Virus record (IMG/VR): IMGVR_UViG_3300030207_004738
Coordinates: 1 to 51,258 of that record
Strand: one strand, 5' to 3'
From: a virus
Lineage: Duplodnaviria; Caudoviricetes
DNA length: 51,258 nt
Within the stretch, counting starts at the first letter, position 1. Every line of letters starts with the position of its first letter. The translations under genes were made by a program, and so were the position numbers. Positions 9,816 to 17,795 of this stretch are shown here, in pieces. A model generated the notes under the pieces. That model worked only from the letters and a program-made list of their open reading frames with translations. It made no database searches and was not told the origin of the DNA.

Positions 9816-10168
9816 CTTTTACCTCCTTTGTACTCTACAGCGTGACCCTCTGATACGAGCATATTATTAAAATTTTTCTTTTTGGCCTTGTCCCAGATTA
9901 CGCCAAGTATTCTGCCAAATTTTCCTTTTTTATCCAACTCGGTTTTAATGACAACATTGCCCCCTGTATTCGTTATCAATTCATCTAGTCGTTCTTTCGC
10001 CGCTAAGCCTCTTATTTTTTCTTCTTTGTCTCTAGTGCGGCTCTCGGGAGCATCTATGCCATAAAGTCTGACTCTTTCCTTTTTGAAAGTGGAAAAGCCG
10101 CAGTCTATTAGAACGTCAACGGTATCGCCATCTACGACACGCAAAACTTGAGCAGAATACTCATACAT
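9812..10168 (-). CDS. thermonuclease (SNase-like) nuclease
   Basis: VVDGDT, VRLYGIDAPE, GKFGRILG and NMLVSEGHA motifs. Confidence 0.9.
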   Translation of the reverse strand: MYEYSAQVLRVVDGDTVDVLIDCGFSTFKKERVRLYGIDAPESRTRDKEEKIRGLAAKERLDELITNTGGNVVIKTELDKKGKFGRILGVIWDKAKKKNFNNMLVSEGHAVEYKGGKR

Positions 10169-10177
10169 GTATTAATT

Positions 10178-10978
10178 CTAATACAAAAAGAGGTTATAAT
10201 ACAAAAAATATCTCGGCAAACTTACGGGAGAATCAATATACAAGTGGTAAGAGCTCAAATCTTCAAAGCCTATCTCGCGCAAATCATCTCTTTTTCTTTC
10301 CAGATTCTCAAAAATTAATATTTTATCAAATTTATTTTTTAAGGACTGGGAACACTCGTAAATTAAAGTTTTCCAACATCCGAGAGTGAAATAAGAAGGG
10401 ATTACTAGCCATTTTTCTTTGCTTTGTTCATGGATTACGTCTTGGAAGTAATAATAAGCAAAACCCTGATCAGTTTTAAATTTTTTAAGAAAATTTGAAT
10501 CGTCGCATAAATATAAATTATTTGACGAAAAACATTTATTTTTTGGCGGGTTAAGCTTTTTAGACAAAAACATTCCAAAATTTTGAAACATTCTGTCTTT
10601 TTTCACGCCTCCCGTCCCTGCACCCAAGACAGGGATTTTATATTTAGATTTTGAATATTGTATGGTTTCTTTGACCGCTCTCTGGGCTAGGCCCGTGAAT
10701 GTGTATCTCTTATGAACGCAAATAGGGCCGCCATAAAAAATGGCTCCCTGCTTATTGTCATACCTTAGCGTAAAGTCGCCAAGGCAGAAAAGCGAGAGCC
10801 AGTGCTTATCGTTTTCAATAACTCCAAGTATCCCGGCGTTAGAAAAAAACCATTTTAAATACTCCTTAGAGTAGAGTATCTGTATTGACGTAGAATAATT
10901 ATAATGCTTATTTAAAAAAGCAATAAGCTTATCGATGTCAATATCCTCCCCCTCGAAGGCTTTAAAATATGTTTGCAA
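10178..10978 (-). CDS. GNAT-fold acyltransferase resembling glycylpeptide N-myristoyltransferase
   Basis: FLNKHY, YSKEYLKW and ICVHKRYTFTGLAQRAVKETI parallel the NMT motifs LLNENY, YSPEFLLW and [21 protein letters not shown] (recalled from memory); TTG start. Confidence 0.55.
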   Translation of the reverse strand: MQTYFKAFEGEDIDIDKLIAFLNKHYNYSTSIQILYSKEYLKWFFSNAGILGVIENDKHWLSLFCLGDFTLRYDNKQGAIFYGGPICVHKRYTFTGLAQRAVKETIQYSKSKYKIPVLGAGTGGVKKDRMFQNFGMFLSKKLNPPKNKCFSSNNLYLCDDSNFLKKFKTDQGFAYYYFQDVIHEQSKEKWLVIPSYFTLGCWKTLIYECSQSLKNKFDKILIFENLERKRDDLREIGFEDLSSYHLYIDSPVSLPRYFLYYNLFLY

Positions 10979-10979
10979 A

Positions 10980-11132
10980 CTAACGTGGTATCAAGTCTAT
11001 CAATTCTTCGAGAGAGATTATTACATCATTAACAATGTAGGTAGCCTCTTCCCTAGCTTCTTCATCCATAGCCCTTATATCAAGTTGACTTAGAAGCTCT
11101 ATTGTATCTTGTATTTGTTCTTTAGTTCCCAT
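10980..11132 (-). CDS. small acidic helical protein (50 aa, starts MG)
   Basis: Manual translation MGTKEQIQDTIELLSQLDIRAMDEEAREEATYIVNDVIISLEELIDLIPR; fills the gap exactly, with a TAATG overlap. Confidence 0.65.
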   Translation of the reverse strand: MGTKEQIQDTIELLSQLDIRAMDEEAREEATYIVNDVIISLEELIDLIPR

Positions 11133-12196
11133 TATATATCACCATCTGCTTTGCGGTAGGAGTCTTTTACCTTACCGCCTCGTTTCATTTTCAAAAACAT
11201 GTTAACACGGGCCATTGCCCATCCTCCGCGAGTCATACCGGGCCTATGCGATGTTGAAAATGCGCCCGCCCCTCTTCTGTAGACTTTTTTAAGTTGACCT
11301 AGAGTCACTTTCTTTTTACTCTTTGCGTTATGTTTTCTAACCTTTTCTTTCAAAGAATTCAAGACTTTTTCTGAGAAAGTTATCTTGCCACCTTTCCCCC
11401 CTGCGCTTCCGGGTTTATTTTTAGAAGAGCCCTTTTTTCTTTCGCTAGGTTTCGCTGGGGTTTGAGCTCCTGATTTGCGACCGGGTCTTGCAGCTAGAGA
11501 ATCTTCTAAACCTATTACTCCATCATATTCCTCTTCGGACATCTCATAAGCAACAAGATACGCTTTTATGCTAGCCTTTGAATGCTGTAATTTTTTCATC
11601 AAGGCTTCGTGGCTCGGCCCCGGCATAAAAACAGCATCGTCCCCATCTCCGTGGGTATGAATATCATCAAAGCCCATCTCTTTCGCCTTCTTCATCGCTT
11701 CTCCGGGATTATTAAAGCTGTACTTAGACATATTATGAGCGGCCTCTGCCTCCTCGCATCCGCAATCGTTCCCACAACCGCAATCTTCATCTTCATCCGG
11801 CTCATCATCTACAAAAGCTAAAGCTGGATTGTATTGAATCAGTTCATCTAAATCAAAAATAGTTTCTCCATCCCACTCATAATAGCTCTGGAAAGACCCC
11901 TTGGTGTAGTCCGTAACAGATTTTTTAGCTTCCCACATGCGACAGCTCCAATACCGGGCTTTTGTTTTTGGCCCGGGGTTATCGCAGTTATGGCGAGCGC
12001 GAAAATTCTTGCGCCGGTTGGGGTCGTCTCGTTTAATTTCCATATTTGGGTCTCCGAAATTAACTTTTACGACATTGCCTTTCTCGTTTTTTACATAAAC
12101 GGAAAACTTTTTAGGGCCGCCCGGGGTGCGAAAAGGCTTATTTAAAGTCTTTTTCTCTTTTTCTGCGATTATTTGGGAGGTCAAATCTACAATCAT
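11132..12196 (-). CDS. multi-domain phage protein (DUF6321-like and DUF5824-like domains)
   Basis: KPFRTPGGPKKFSVYVKN...FGDPNM...FRARHNC...YWSCRMW and LKKVYRRGAGAF...WAMARVN motifs; probable start at Met50 of the track ORF (12196). Confidence 0.7.
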   Translation of the reverse strand: MIVDLTSQIIAEKEKKTLNKPFRTPGGPKKFSVYVKNEKGNVVKVNFGDPNMEIKRDDPNRRKNFRARHNCDNPGPKTKARYWSCRMWEAKKSVTDYTKGSFQSYYEWDGETIFDLDELIQYNPALAFVDDEPDEDEDCGCGNDCGCEEAEAAHNMSKYSFNNPGEAMKKAKEMGFDDIHTHGDGDDAVFMPGPSHEALMKKLQHSKASIKAYLVAYEMSEEEYDGVIGLEDSLAARPGRKSGAQTPAKPSERKKGSSKNKPGSAGGKGGKITFSEKVLNSLKEKVRKHNAKSKKKVTLGQLKKVYRRGAGAFSTSHRPGMTRGGWAMARVNMFLKMKRGGKVKDSYRKADGDI

Positions 12197-12214
12197 GTTG
12201 AAATATTTTACACC
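12197..12214 (-). promoter_or_regulatory. candidate phage-specific promoter or initiation motif GTGTAA(A)ATATTT
   Basis: GGTGTAAAATATTTCAAC-ATG here and AGTGTAATATTTAAC-ATG at 29441-29455. Confidence 0.4.
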
Positions 12215-12297
12215 AAAGAGAACTTTTTTTAGAAAAAAATATTTGCGCTTCTCATCATGTAAGCATCGGACTGCTCGTCCTAAAGGGCAAAACCAAG

Positions 12298-13749
12298 ATG
12301 AACATTGGACAATTAACTGAACAAGGAGAATTATTTGATACAAGTGCTTCTCAAGTCGCTGCCAAAGGCAGCTCTTCCGACAAAGCAGCGGAAGAATTAG
12401 CCCAGTCTGTAGTTAGCTCTGCTTCTAACGAATCCCTACCTCAAGATTATCAACGAGTTTCTAATATCAAACTTAGGTACGTCGCCCTTGGCGAAAACAA
12501 AATTTTGATGGAAAGTTTTGAAAAAGAATTAATGCTGAAAGTTAGACAAACAGCAAAGATTCTAGGACAAAAGTGCCGTTTGGGTATTGTGCATAAAATG
12601 TGCAACCAAAGTGGGTACATCTGGACCCCTCAAAACGAAAAGATAACACCAACCTACATGCGGGACAGCGAGGATTGGTTTAAGGAAATCTGGGGAGACT
12701 GCGAAAACAAAGGATTGCCTACGATACTTATAGAGCAGGTAATTAACAGATACCAATCTTACAAGAAGCGGAACAAGAAGCTTCCTAATTATGTGGAGTT
12801 TAAAAAGAACACCATCAATATTAAGAAGAATTATCTTAGGTATTGTGATTGCGAAAACGCAGTATTCATAAGGGATTTGCACAACAACGTAATCAAATTA
12901 AACATAGAAGACAAAAGAAGTGTTCTTGTTCATAAGGATCTTTGGCTCAAAAAGCTGTCAGCTAAGAAAAACAAGCCCTCCTCTGAGTTGAAGTCAGTAA
13001 CCTTTGCGGCAAATGTAATGTTTGGGTGCAGGCAAATTATTCCAATAGTACAAATCCAAGAGATGGAAGCTTATCGGGCTAAAGGGTTTTTTGCGATCGA
13101 CATAAACAAAAGCGCAAAAGACTGGCTGACTTTTAATATGCCTATCGACGGAAAGATGGTATATGAAAAGCCGGAAGTAATCATCGCTGCGGAGTCTAGG
13201 ATAAAAAAGATAGAGAAAGCAATTAATGACACTTTAGATATCATGCCCGATAAAAGAAGAGGTAAGGGGGTCAAAGTTGATCATCCTGACTTTGAGGGCA
13301 AAGTGTTTAAATGCACTAGCGACGGTAGAAGGAGGTTAAGGCTCTATTGGAAAGATGCTCATAAGAAGCTTCAAAAGGCTATAAACAAACTGGATATACT
13401 TAAACGTATAGAAAAGTTCTGTTTTGACAATAAGTTAGGGTTCGCCCATGACGATGTCGCAAGCGGCCAGCAGAATGGAACATTCTCCCAAGATAAGCTG
13501 AAAATATATTGGGTATCCAGAGCCTCTGAGGCCAAGTTTCCGCTAGAGATAGTAAACCCGGCCTATACTTCTCAACAGTGCCCTGAGTGCGGCCACAGGA
13601 GCCCGAAAAACAGGGTTAAGGATGACTTCAAGTGCCTCAACTGCGATTATGAAAATGAATCGCATAAAGTAGGCGCTATCAACATAGCTAATAAAGCTAT
13701 TAAAGCTTACTCGAATAAAGAGCGGGTCTGCGCCCCCACCTCCGAGTAA
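12298..13749 (+). CDS. tnpB: TnpB/Cas12f-like protein with degenerate RuvC active site (probably nuclease-dead or attenuated)
   Basis: RuvC-I FAIDIN, RuvC-II AHDDV (E to D), VNPAYTSQQCPECG...FKCLNCDY Zn ribbon, RuvC-III ESHKVGAINIA (D to H relative to the usual ADxNAAxNI); no transposase nearby. Confidence 0.85.
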   Translation: MNIGQLTEQGELFDTSASQVAAKGSSSDKAAEELAQSVVSSASNESLPQDYQRVSNIKLRYVALGENKILMESFEKELMLKVRQTAKILGQKCRLGIVHKMCNQSGYIWTPQNEKITPTYMRDSEDWFKEIWGDCENKGLPTILIEQVINRYQSYKKRNKKLPNYVEFKKNTINIKKNYLRYCDCENAVFIRDLHNNVIKLNIEDKRSVLVHKDLWLKKLSAKKNKPSSELKSVTFAANVMFGCRQIIPIVQIQEMEAYRAKGFFAIDINKSAKDWLTFNMPIDGKMVYEKPEVIIAAESRIKKIEKAINDTLDIMPDKRRGKGVKVDHPDFEGKVFKCTSDGRRRLRLYWKDAHKKLQKAINKLDILKRIEKFCFDNKLGFAHDDVASGQQNGTFSQDKLKIYWVSRASEAKFPLEIVNPAYTSQQCPECGHRSPKNRVKDDFKCLNCDYENESHKVGAINIANKAIKAYSNKERVCAPTSE

Positions 13750-13826
13750 GATAAACCAAGCGCAAAATACGTTATCAAAAAAAAGAGGTAAGATCTCCTC
13801 CTTGAGATGACGGTAGAGCAAAGATT
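13705..13826 (+). ncRNA. tandem pair of the repeated pseudoknot RNA motif (13705-13764 and 13769-13826)
   Basis: Copy 1: P1 CTTACTCG/CGAGTAAG, P2 TGCGC/GCGCA. Copy 2: P1 CGTTATC/GATGACG, P2 GATCT/AGATT. Both have an A-rich AAAGAG linker, a 9-nt P2-P1' junction and N6-CAA. Confidence 0.75.
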
Positions 13827-13853
13827 AAAGCCGGGGGCAATCCCCGGCTTTTT
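13827..13853 (+). terminator. intrinsic, possibly bidirectional, terminator
   Basis: AAAGCCGGGG-GCAAT-CCCCGGCTTT followed by a T-run, between convergent genes. Confidence 0.85.
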
Positions 13854-13942
13854 CTCTACGCTTTCTTGTGCAAACTGAACAGTCGCACACTTGCTTAAAA
13901 AATAAATTTTTAAACTTACTTTTCCAGTTATTTATCGTTATT

Positions 13943-14353
13943 TCAAGGAAGAGGTTCAAAGCCTATGCCTTTATCCCTTTCAACATTTATGGCGTGAGCT
14001 GTATTCAAGGGTTTTGAGTTTCCAGCCGTTCCAATAGGCTTAATATCATTAATTAAGTACCTTGGGCCAGAGCGTAAATCAAACATGATTTCATCGTACC
14101 GGACGCCAAAATGATCTAACATTTTTAGGGTATGCTCTTTATGTCTCCTGTCCCTAGCTGTAGTTAAAACTACAGTATCTTCAGCGGGGATAGAGCTCAT
14201 AAATTTTAAGCTTTTGTCTATTGCTTTTTCTAACCAATGACTTTCATCGCCCATGGTTCTAATAGCTTCATCGAGCTCTTGGTTACTCATGTGATACACA
14301 ATTGTTCCGTCGATGTCTATGAACCACGTTTTATTCAAAGATTCTTGTTCCAT
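13943..14353 (-). CDS. HAD-superfamily phosphatase (PNK 3'-phosphatase-like)
   Basis: FIDIDGT, LTTAR and LINDIKP motifs. Confidence 0.8.
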   Translation of the reverse strand: MEQESLNKTWFIDIDGTIVYHMSNQELDEAIRTMGDESHWLEKAIDKSLKFMSSIPAEDTVVLTTARDRRHKEHTLKMLDHFGVRYDEIMFDLRSGPRYLINDIKPIGTAGNSKPLNTAHAINVERDKGIGFEPLP

Positions 14354-14363
14354 ATTAAAATTT

Positions 14364-14439
14364 TGGTGCCCCGACTAGGACTCGAACCTAGAATCTACAG
14401 CTTAGAAGGCTGTTGCCTTATCCATTCGGCCATCGGGGC
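14364..14439 (-). tRNA. tRNA-Arg(UCU)
   Basis: Cloverleaf GCCCCGA...TCGGGGC-A-CCA, anticodon stem ACAGC/GCTGT with loop CTTCTAA, T-loop TTCGAGT, encoded CCA. Confidence 0.95.
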
Positions 14440-14440
14440 G

Positions 14441-14517
14441 TGGTGGGCCTTGTAGGGCTCGAACCTACGACCTGCCGATTATGAGTCGGATGCTCTGACC
14501 AACTGAGCTAAAGGCCC
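14441..14517 (-). tRNA. tRNA with CAU anticodon, most likely tRNA-Ile2 (lysidine type)
   Basis: GGGCCTT...AAGGCCC-A-CCA, loop CTCATAA; resembles ileX-type tRNAs and lacks the initiator C1:A72 mismatch and GGG/CCC anticodon stem. Confidence 0.9.
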
Positions 14518-14523
14518 ATATTT

Positions 14524-14583
14524 AAGGTTTGAGTGAACTTAACGCTCAGTGAAGACCTTTTACTTCCTTTTTAGGCGCTAAGC
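14524..14583 (-). ncRNA. single copy of the repeated pseudoknot RNA motif, immediately 5' of the tRNA pair
   Basis: P1 CTTAGCGC/GCGTTAAG, linker AAAAAGGAAG, P2 AAGGT/ACCTT, junction CTTCACTGA, N6 TTCACT, CAA. Confidence 0.75.
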
Positions 14584-14584
14584 T

Positions 14585-14791
14585 TTAAGATTCTATAATC
14601 TTATTGACTGACCATCTATAAACGGCAAAGTTAATATAGAATAAGACAGGAAATAAAATTACCAACATTGGAAGCTCGGGTAATGATAAAAGTCCAGCTA
14701 CGAATCCAAATACAAATCCGCCAGCCATTGCCGCTAAAGTTCCTACTAACATGTAAAGGAACCACCATAGTAATACAGTACTATTTTTCAT
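14585..14791 (-). CDS. small membrane protein (2 TM)
   Basis: Two long hydrophobic segments. Confidence 0.65.
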   Translation of the reverse strand: MKNSTVLLWWFLYMLVGTLAAMAGGFVFGFVAGLLSLPELPMLVILFPVLFYINFAVYRWSVNKIIES

Positions 14792-14808
14792 ATTGCTTAT
14801 AATTAATT

Positions 14809-15156
14809 TTATTTTAAAATGCGATAGCTGTCGCTGTCTTCATGGAAAGTGCTTATTTCTAAAATTTTAGCACCTGTTCCCGATTCAAGTCTATGAGGGA
14901 TATTTCTGTCTAGCACATGAACATCGCCCTCTTCGAGGCATATTATCGATTCAACAGTAGTTTCGGTATCTACTAATGTAAGCTCAAGACTACCTTCTAA
15001 AACGTAAAAAGTCTCATGTTTATTTGAATGAAAATGAAGAGAAGTTCCTAGTCCCGGCTTGATAGTAAGTATTTTGCCGCAATAGTTATTATCTTTATCA
15101 TTTACTATCCAGAGCTCTTCTCCCCATCTTTTTAAAACTGTTTTCATGGGTTTCAT
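14809..15156 (-). CDS. cupin-domain protein (mannose-6-phosphate isomerase-like)
   Basis: KRWGEE, SLHFHSNKHETFYVLEG, PHRL and EIST motifs. Confidence 0.8.
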   Translation of the reverse strand: MKPMKTVLKRWGEELWIVNDKDNNYCGKILTIKPGLGTSLHFHSNKHETFYVLEGSLELTLVDTETTVESIICLEEGDVHVLDRNIPHRLESGTGAKILEISTFHEDSDSYRILK

Positions 15157-15665
15157 TAGTAGTTAAAATAAGTAAAGTTAGAGTTGCCTTTTATCGGCAG
15201 GAAGGCATTTTTTCTTTTCGTGTCTCCCTTGTAATCGTTACAGCTATATCTTGTTTTAGTTTCTTTAGTATCGTAATTCAATAAAAAATTTCCTTCTTTA
15301 TCGCATACCTTGAAACAAAGAACTTTTCTGTCGTTAGGAAGGTTTACAAAAATATAACCATATACATTGTATATACGGCTCTGCTGTTGTAAAATATCAA
15401 GTTTTTCAGCAGTAATTAAATAGCCCTTGTCCCTCAACATGTCCAAAGTGCACATGGTCTTTAGCTTTCTGTTGAAATATGGGCGCGTTTTTATTTCGCC
15501 TATCCCTGTTAGCTCATTGCCTTTATTGATAAATATATCAAATTTCTCTGCGTCGTAAGTTGTATGCACCACGCGGACGCCATACTCGGCTTCAATTAGC
15601 CTGCCGGTACGCTTCTCTTCGCTGATAAACTTCTTACCTTCAGTTGTATATCTATCTAACTTCAT
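15156..15665 (-). CDS. putative PD-(D/E)XK nuclease-fold protein
   Basis: FDIF...GIGEIKTR pattern. Confidence 0.55.
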   Translation of the reverse strand: MKLDRYTTEGKKFISEEKRTGRLIEAEYGVRVVHTTYDAEKFDIFINKGNELTGIGEIKTRPYFNRKLKTMCTLDMLRDKGYLITAEKLDILQQQSRIYNVYGYIFVNLPNDRKVLCFKVCDKEGNFLLNYDTKETKTRYSCNDYKGDTKRKNAFLPIKGNSNFTYFNY

Positions 15666-15674
15666 TTAAATACG

Positions 15675-15859
15675 GCGGGCTCTTTGGAATTACTTTAACT
15701 CAGGAAGGAGAACCCGCGAACAACCCTCTTTTACTGTTAAAGTTTGACGTTTGTTAAAACTAATCCCTCAATAGCGACGTCATACGCTTTTTCAGTGGGT
15801 TAGCTTTTGGAGTTTCTGCTAATCAGGAAGGAAGCCTTACCCTCTTTTTACTTAGCAGC
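15675..15859 (-). ncRNA. three tandem copies of the repeated pseudoknot RNA motif
   Basis: P1 pairs CTGCTAA/TTAGCAG, CTAACCC/GGG(A)TTAG and CTTTAAC/GTTAAAG; P2 pairs GGCTT/AAGCT, TGACGT/ACGTCA and GCGGGTTCT/AGAGCCCGC; each has a 9-nt junction ending TGA and N6-CAA. Confidence 0.8.
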
Positions 15860-16573
15860 TTTCTTTTTCTGCATCCTCTCAATGATTTCAAACATTTTAA
15901 GACGCGGAATGTCCTTAACTGAATCCCAGCCATCAGCGCCGTCAACTTTTTCGGTCACCATTTTAGCTTTGATGTCAGTAAAGCTTACTTTTTTCTCCTT
16001 CATCAGCTTTTTCAAAAATAAATCAGGAGAAGCTGCATTGCTCGTTGGGCTTGGAGTAGATATTTTCACGTTTTTAATTTCTTCTTTAGCTACGATATTG
16101 ATTCTTAAAAAGTTGCGTACCGCTCGACAGAAAGCTCTATTTTCTGCAATGGCCGCTAAATACATCTGACCAAAGCTTTCAGTGTTTTTAATACCTGCGT
16201 CTGCCAAAGCTTCAAAAACGATTGGGTCTTCGCCTTCCGTTTCGTAATTGGGAATCCATGTAATTGCACATGAAACACATACATACTCTGGAGAAGCTTC
16301 GTGAACTCTGTAAGTCACTGACTGGTAGCCTCTTATGTTAGCTAGATCTTTAAGGCCGCCAAGTAGAATTATCAGCTCATTGTCTTCAAGCTTGGAAATA
16401 TCAGTTTCGTCAGTCCTGTCCCTGTTAGCGACCAAGAACTCGGGCTTGATCATCTTCCTCCAGTCAACTGAACCGTCAGATCCAAACTGGTAATCTATAT
16501 TTTCATCTTCTAGCAGCCCATGTTTGTTGCGCTTAAAGATGCTAGGTGGTTCATTTACAGTCTTAGTTCCCAT
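15848..16573 (-). CDS. putative single-strand annealing protein (Rad52/Sak-like)
   Basis: AIAENRAFCRAVRNFLRI helix resembles the AExRAxxRA motif; genomic context near the replication module. Confidence 0.5.
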   Translation of the reverse strand: MGTKTVNEPPSIFKRNKHGLLEDENIDYQFGSDGSVDWRKMIKPEFLVANRDRTDETDISKLEDNELIILLGGLKDLANIRGYQSVTYRVHEASPEYVCVSCAITWIPNYETEGEDPIVFEALADAGIKNTESFGQMYLAAIAENRAFCRAVRNFLRINIVAKEEIKNVKISTPSPTSNAASPDLFLKKLMKEKKVSFTDIKAKMVTEKVDGADGWDSVKDIPRLKMFEIIERMQKKKAAK

Positions 16574-16583
16574 AAGGAGGTAA

Positions 16584-16613
16584 ATACTAATCTACTCGGG
16601 GCAGTGCAGTCAA
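16584..16613 (-). promoter_or_regulatory. sigma70-type promoter (near-leaderless)
   Basis: TTGACT-18 nt-TAGTAT, 10 nt before the ATG at 16573. Confidence 0.55.
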
Positions 16614-17795
16614 CTAATTTTTTGCCAAAAAATAAAAATGTTCATGATCTTCCCAAAATAGGGAATCATTTATTATCTCATTAGCTTGGTGATCCATTCT
16701 GTCGCTAGCATGAATACCTCTCCTTAAGGCAGAGGTGCAGGGATAAAACTTATTATTATGAATGATAAAATATTTTGATTTATAATAAAGATTATTTTTA
16801 TCTTTAAGATCCTCGAAGTCTTCCTTGGTTTTTTTCTTTATCTGGTGAACCATTGGAAAATCTAAATATTTTAATTTTATGTCCGCGTACTCTTCTCCTT
16901 CTTTTCTTGTCCTGAGTAGAAAATTTATAGACTTCGATTTTACTTTTTTAACAAACTCTGGATCATTGTCATCTTCTATGTAGTAAACTAATTCTACGAT
17001 TCTTTTGTGGTAAGTGTCTATCAAAGAAGGACTTAGAGCTTTATTTGTAATAATTGAGCAGGGGCAAGAGCTTAACTGCTTTGCTAAATTCTCTTCGTTA
17101 AAGTTTAAATCCATTCTCACTATCAAAGATGAGACAGAAAGCTTTTTAGTATCGATCAAGTGGGTTAGAGTTGACTCTATCCTAGGTTGATAAAAAGAAG
17201 AGCCTACTTTCACTGTTTTGAATTCCGGCGCGAAGGTGTGAACACCGGCAAAGGCTAGTGTTTCTTGCGCTATTTTTTCAGGCGTTATTAAATTTATAGA
17301 CTTAGGATTCTCAGAGGGATTAAATGTAGGCTTACTGGTTACCTTCTCTTGAAGCAGGCAAGATCTATCTTTATTGCTCCAGTAAGGACTAAATTGTGAT
17401 ACGTGGCAGTTGTGAGGGTAAAGTGTCACTAGTTTGGTATCGTAAGCAGAGGCTATATGCGAAGTTTCGTTATTAGAAGAAACGTGAACTAAAGAGTTTT
17501 TTATAACATATGCTTTTTGGTTAAAGTCGCATTGACCTATAGCCAGATAACATTTGTCAAGGGGCTTGCAGTCCTTCTCTCCCATTTGGATTATCTTGAT
17601 TCCTAGCTCCTCAAGCTTTGGCTGTATCAAATCAACTACTAATTGCCAGTGATTATACCGCATCGCTTCTGTGCCTAGCCCCGAAGTATCTATAGTTATA
17701 TATTTATCTACAGCAAGAGGAAAAAACTTCTCGTAGACATGAGGCTTCGCGATTTTTAAATCATTCTGTAAAGCGTATGATTCTAGAATGTGCAT
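16614..17795 (-). CDS. GT9 (heptosyltransferase)-like glycosyltransferase-fold protein
   Basis: YNHWQLVV...IIQMG...AYVIKNSLVHVSSNNETSHIASA resembles the GT9 C-terminal motif, but degenerate. Confidence 0.5.
   Translation of the reverse strand: MHILESYALQNDLKIAKPHVYEKFFPLAVDKYITIDTSGLGTEAMRYNHWQLVVDLIQPKLEELGIKIIQMGEKDCKPLDKCYLAIGQCDFNQKAYVIKNSLVHVSSNNETSHIASAYDTKLVTLYPHNCHVSQFSPYWSNKDRSCLLQEKVTSKPTFNPSENPKSINLITPEKIAQETLAFAGVHTFAPEFKTVKVGSSFYQPRIESTLTHLIDTKKLSVSSLIVRMDLNFNEENLAKQLSSCPCSIITNKALSPSLIDTYHKRIVELVYYIEDDNDPEFVKKVKSKSINFLLRTRKEGEEYADIKLKYLDFPMVHQIKKKTKEDFEDLKDKNNLYYKSKYFIIHNNKFYPCTSALRRGIHASDRMDHQANEIINDSLFWEDHEHFYFLAKN

Noticed and set aside
12197-12343. N-terminal extension of ORF 11132-12343
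   Set aside because: It overlaps the tnpB start on the other strand and crosses an A/T-rich regulatory gap; Met at 12196 is the more plausible start.
12242-13766. AAGCGCAAA downstream of tnpB complementary to TTTGCGCTT upstream, and AAACCAAG on both sides of the ORF, read as an autoregulatory guide or target duplication
   Set aside because: Only 8-9 nt in AT-rich DNA, and the downstream copy lies inside motif copy 1; IS200/605 elements do not make target duplications.
13808-13827. TGAC followed by GGTAGAGCAAAG read as a TnpB right end plus a guide targeting tRNA D-arms; 10-nt match at 387-396
   Set aside because: These bases are P1', N6, CAA and P2' of motif copy 2, so they are explained structurally; a 10-nt match in a window this size is plausible by chance.
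13866-13932. Possible extra pseudoknot on the minus strand (AACTG/CAGTT crossing TGTGC/GCACA)
   Set aside because: Stems are short and the conserved UGA, N6 and CAA elements are absent, so it is not counted as a family member.
12200-14360. CRISPR array associated with the Cas12f-like ORF or the Cas4-like nuclease
   Set aside because: I found no identical 25-40 bp repeats with unique spacers; the variable parts of the tandem motif base-pair internally. The 24587-25579 nuclease sits in the replication operon.
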